Below, piece after piece: positions 62,923 through 64,000 of a DNA stretch of 64,000 nt. Below the pieces are notes generated by a model. The model did no database searches, was not told the DNA's origin, and saw only the letters and a program-made list of their open reading frames with translations. The first letter of the stretch is position 1, and each line of letters opens with the position of its first letter. The DNA lies in NCBI GenBank assembly GCA_965153355.1, contig OZ231126.1, positions 3,596,001 through 3,660,000 on the forward strand, read 5' to 3'. The position numbers and the translations under genes were made by a program. Source of the DNA: Flaccisagitta enflata (taxonomy: Eukaryota).

Positions 62923-63673
62923 CAGCTTGACGCCATACTAAGGTAATCAATTTTGTACTACCATTTCTGAAAAACAGTGGCGTAGGACAACGGCGACAAC
63001 GTCGACAACGTATGACGACAACGACGACAACAACGACGAGCATGACTTTGGATTTCTTGACATTTTAATGCATTTCCCATTTGTCAGCTGCCAGCTGCAA
63101 TAATCGTGCAATCCTGCAATAGTTTTTGTTAAAAACTTTCCTCAACAATCCCACAAATAAACAAGGCCGGATACACGGCTACCCCAGTCGCGTGCGGGTG
63201 GGCAGGAGCTGTATTTGAGGTCACTTGATCATTTGGGCAGAAGCAGTGAGGCCAAAGACCGCGAAAACCCCAAAAACGTAAAATGTGATGGACAGACGGA
63301 CCGACGGACGGACCGACGGACGGACCGCCAAAGCGGGCTGTAGAGTCGCGTAGCATGCGACTAAAAATATGTTTTCTTAAAATATTTGCAGAATCACGTA
63401 AAAAGGATGAGTGTAAAAGCCACAAACTTATTCTCATGATATTGTCTTTGATGAAAAATTTTCTGAAGAAGAAGTAGAACACCGGCTAAATCAAAATTAA
63501 CACAAAAAGGCAAAAAAGGTGAGTTAACATCAACAAGCCTGTTACCGAGAGCAACGATGTGTTCCTTTTTCGCATTTTTTTAAGTAACAACAGATTATTC
63601 TTTCCAAGGCTCAAAGTTATTATTTTTAACTCATTTTGAAGCTCAATCCTTTGCTATGGTGTCATTTGATACT
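62923..63673 (+). other. Paralogous copy of the 14268-15370 promoter/first-exon region
   Basis: Colinear similarity including CAGCTG boxes and AAAGGCAAAAAAG|GTGAGT donor (exon end 63518). Confidence 0.7.
63161..63366 (-). mobile_element. HINE inserted in the paralogous promoter
   Basis: AACAAGGCCGGATACACGGC ... AGTCGCGTAGCATGCGACTAAAAA; absent at the homologous site about 15085. Confidence 0.75.
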
Positions 63674-63684
63674 ACACTATTTTA

Positions 63685-63999
63685 CAGGCCTGTATATTAT
63701 TGAGTTTTCCCCCCCCCCCCCCGTGGGGGGGGAAAAAATCAAAGGGTCTGGAGATGGGGAAGGAAACCAAAGGGGGAAAAAAGAGAAAAAAAGAAAATTT
63801 GGGGAAAATATAACTTTTGACAGTACTAAATCATAAAACCCAATTAGTAAAACACAATTTGACACTTTTTAAACCTTAACTACTTAGTTTTATTGCTCTA
63901 TGGGGAAGAAAATCATAGATATAAAAATGCTTCGCGGGGAAGAAAATCAAAGGCAGGGGGGGAAAAAAATCAAAAGCGACTCAATAATATACACCCCTG
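63685..63999 (+). mobile_element. 315-bp hAT-like MITE (uninterrupted relative of 12777-13676)
   Basis: CAGGCCTGTATATTATTGA ... TCAATAATATACACCCCTG; right TSD cut off by the window edge. Confidence 0.75.
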
Positions 64000-64000
64000 C

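Overview
Eukaryotic, probably invertebrate-animal, genomic DNA that is mostly repetitive. Nearly all ORFs in the supplied track are translations of microsatellites or non-autonomous transposons. Read by eye, two spliced genes missed by the track are visible on the + strand. The first is a terminal exon of a multi-repeat beta-thymosin/WH2 actin-binding protein (5350-5523). The second is a small putative secreted peptide (prohormone-like) gene: TATA box at 15115, 5' UTR exon ending 15221, coding exons 15675-15739, 21862-21923, 22861-22944 and possibly 26061-26122. Its promoter and first exon are duplicated at the window end (about 62.9-63.7 kb). The rest comprises many DINE-1/Helentron-like (HINE) elements, TIR elements with 2-, 4-, 8- and 9-bp target-site duplications (TSDs), a 4.8-kb foldback palindrome inside an intron, and a 24-kb higher-order tandem array (about 739-bp unit with or without a 1.3-kb HINE). 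A 6-kb composite element of two hAT-like copies plus a 691-bp passenger, flanked by a single 8-bp TSD, sits in the last array unit. No autonomous transposase, rRNA, tRNA or CRISPR array was recognised. All calls are from visual inspection, with no database searches; superfamily names are inferred from terminus and TSD rules.
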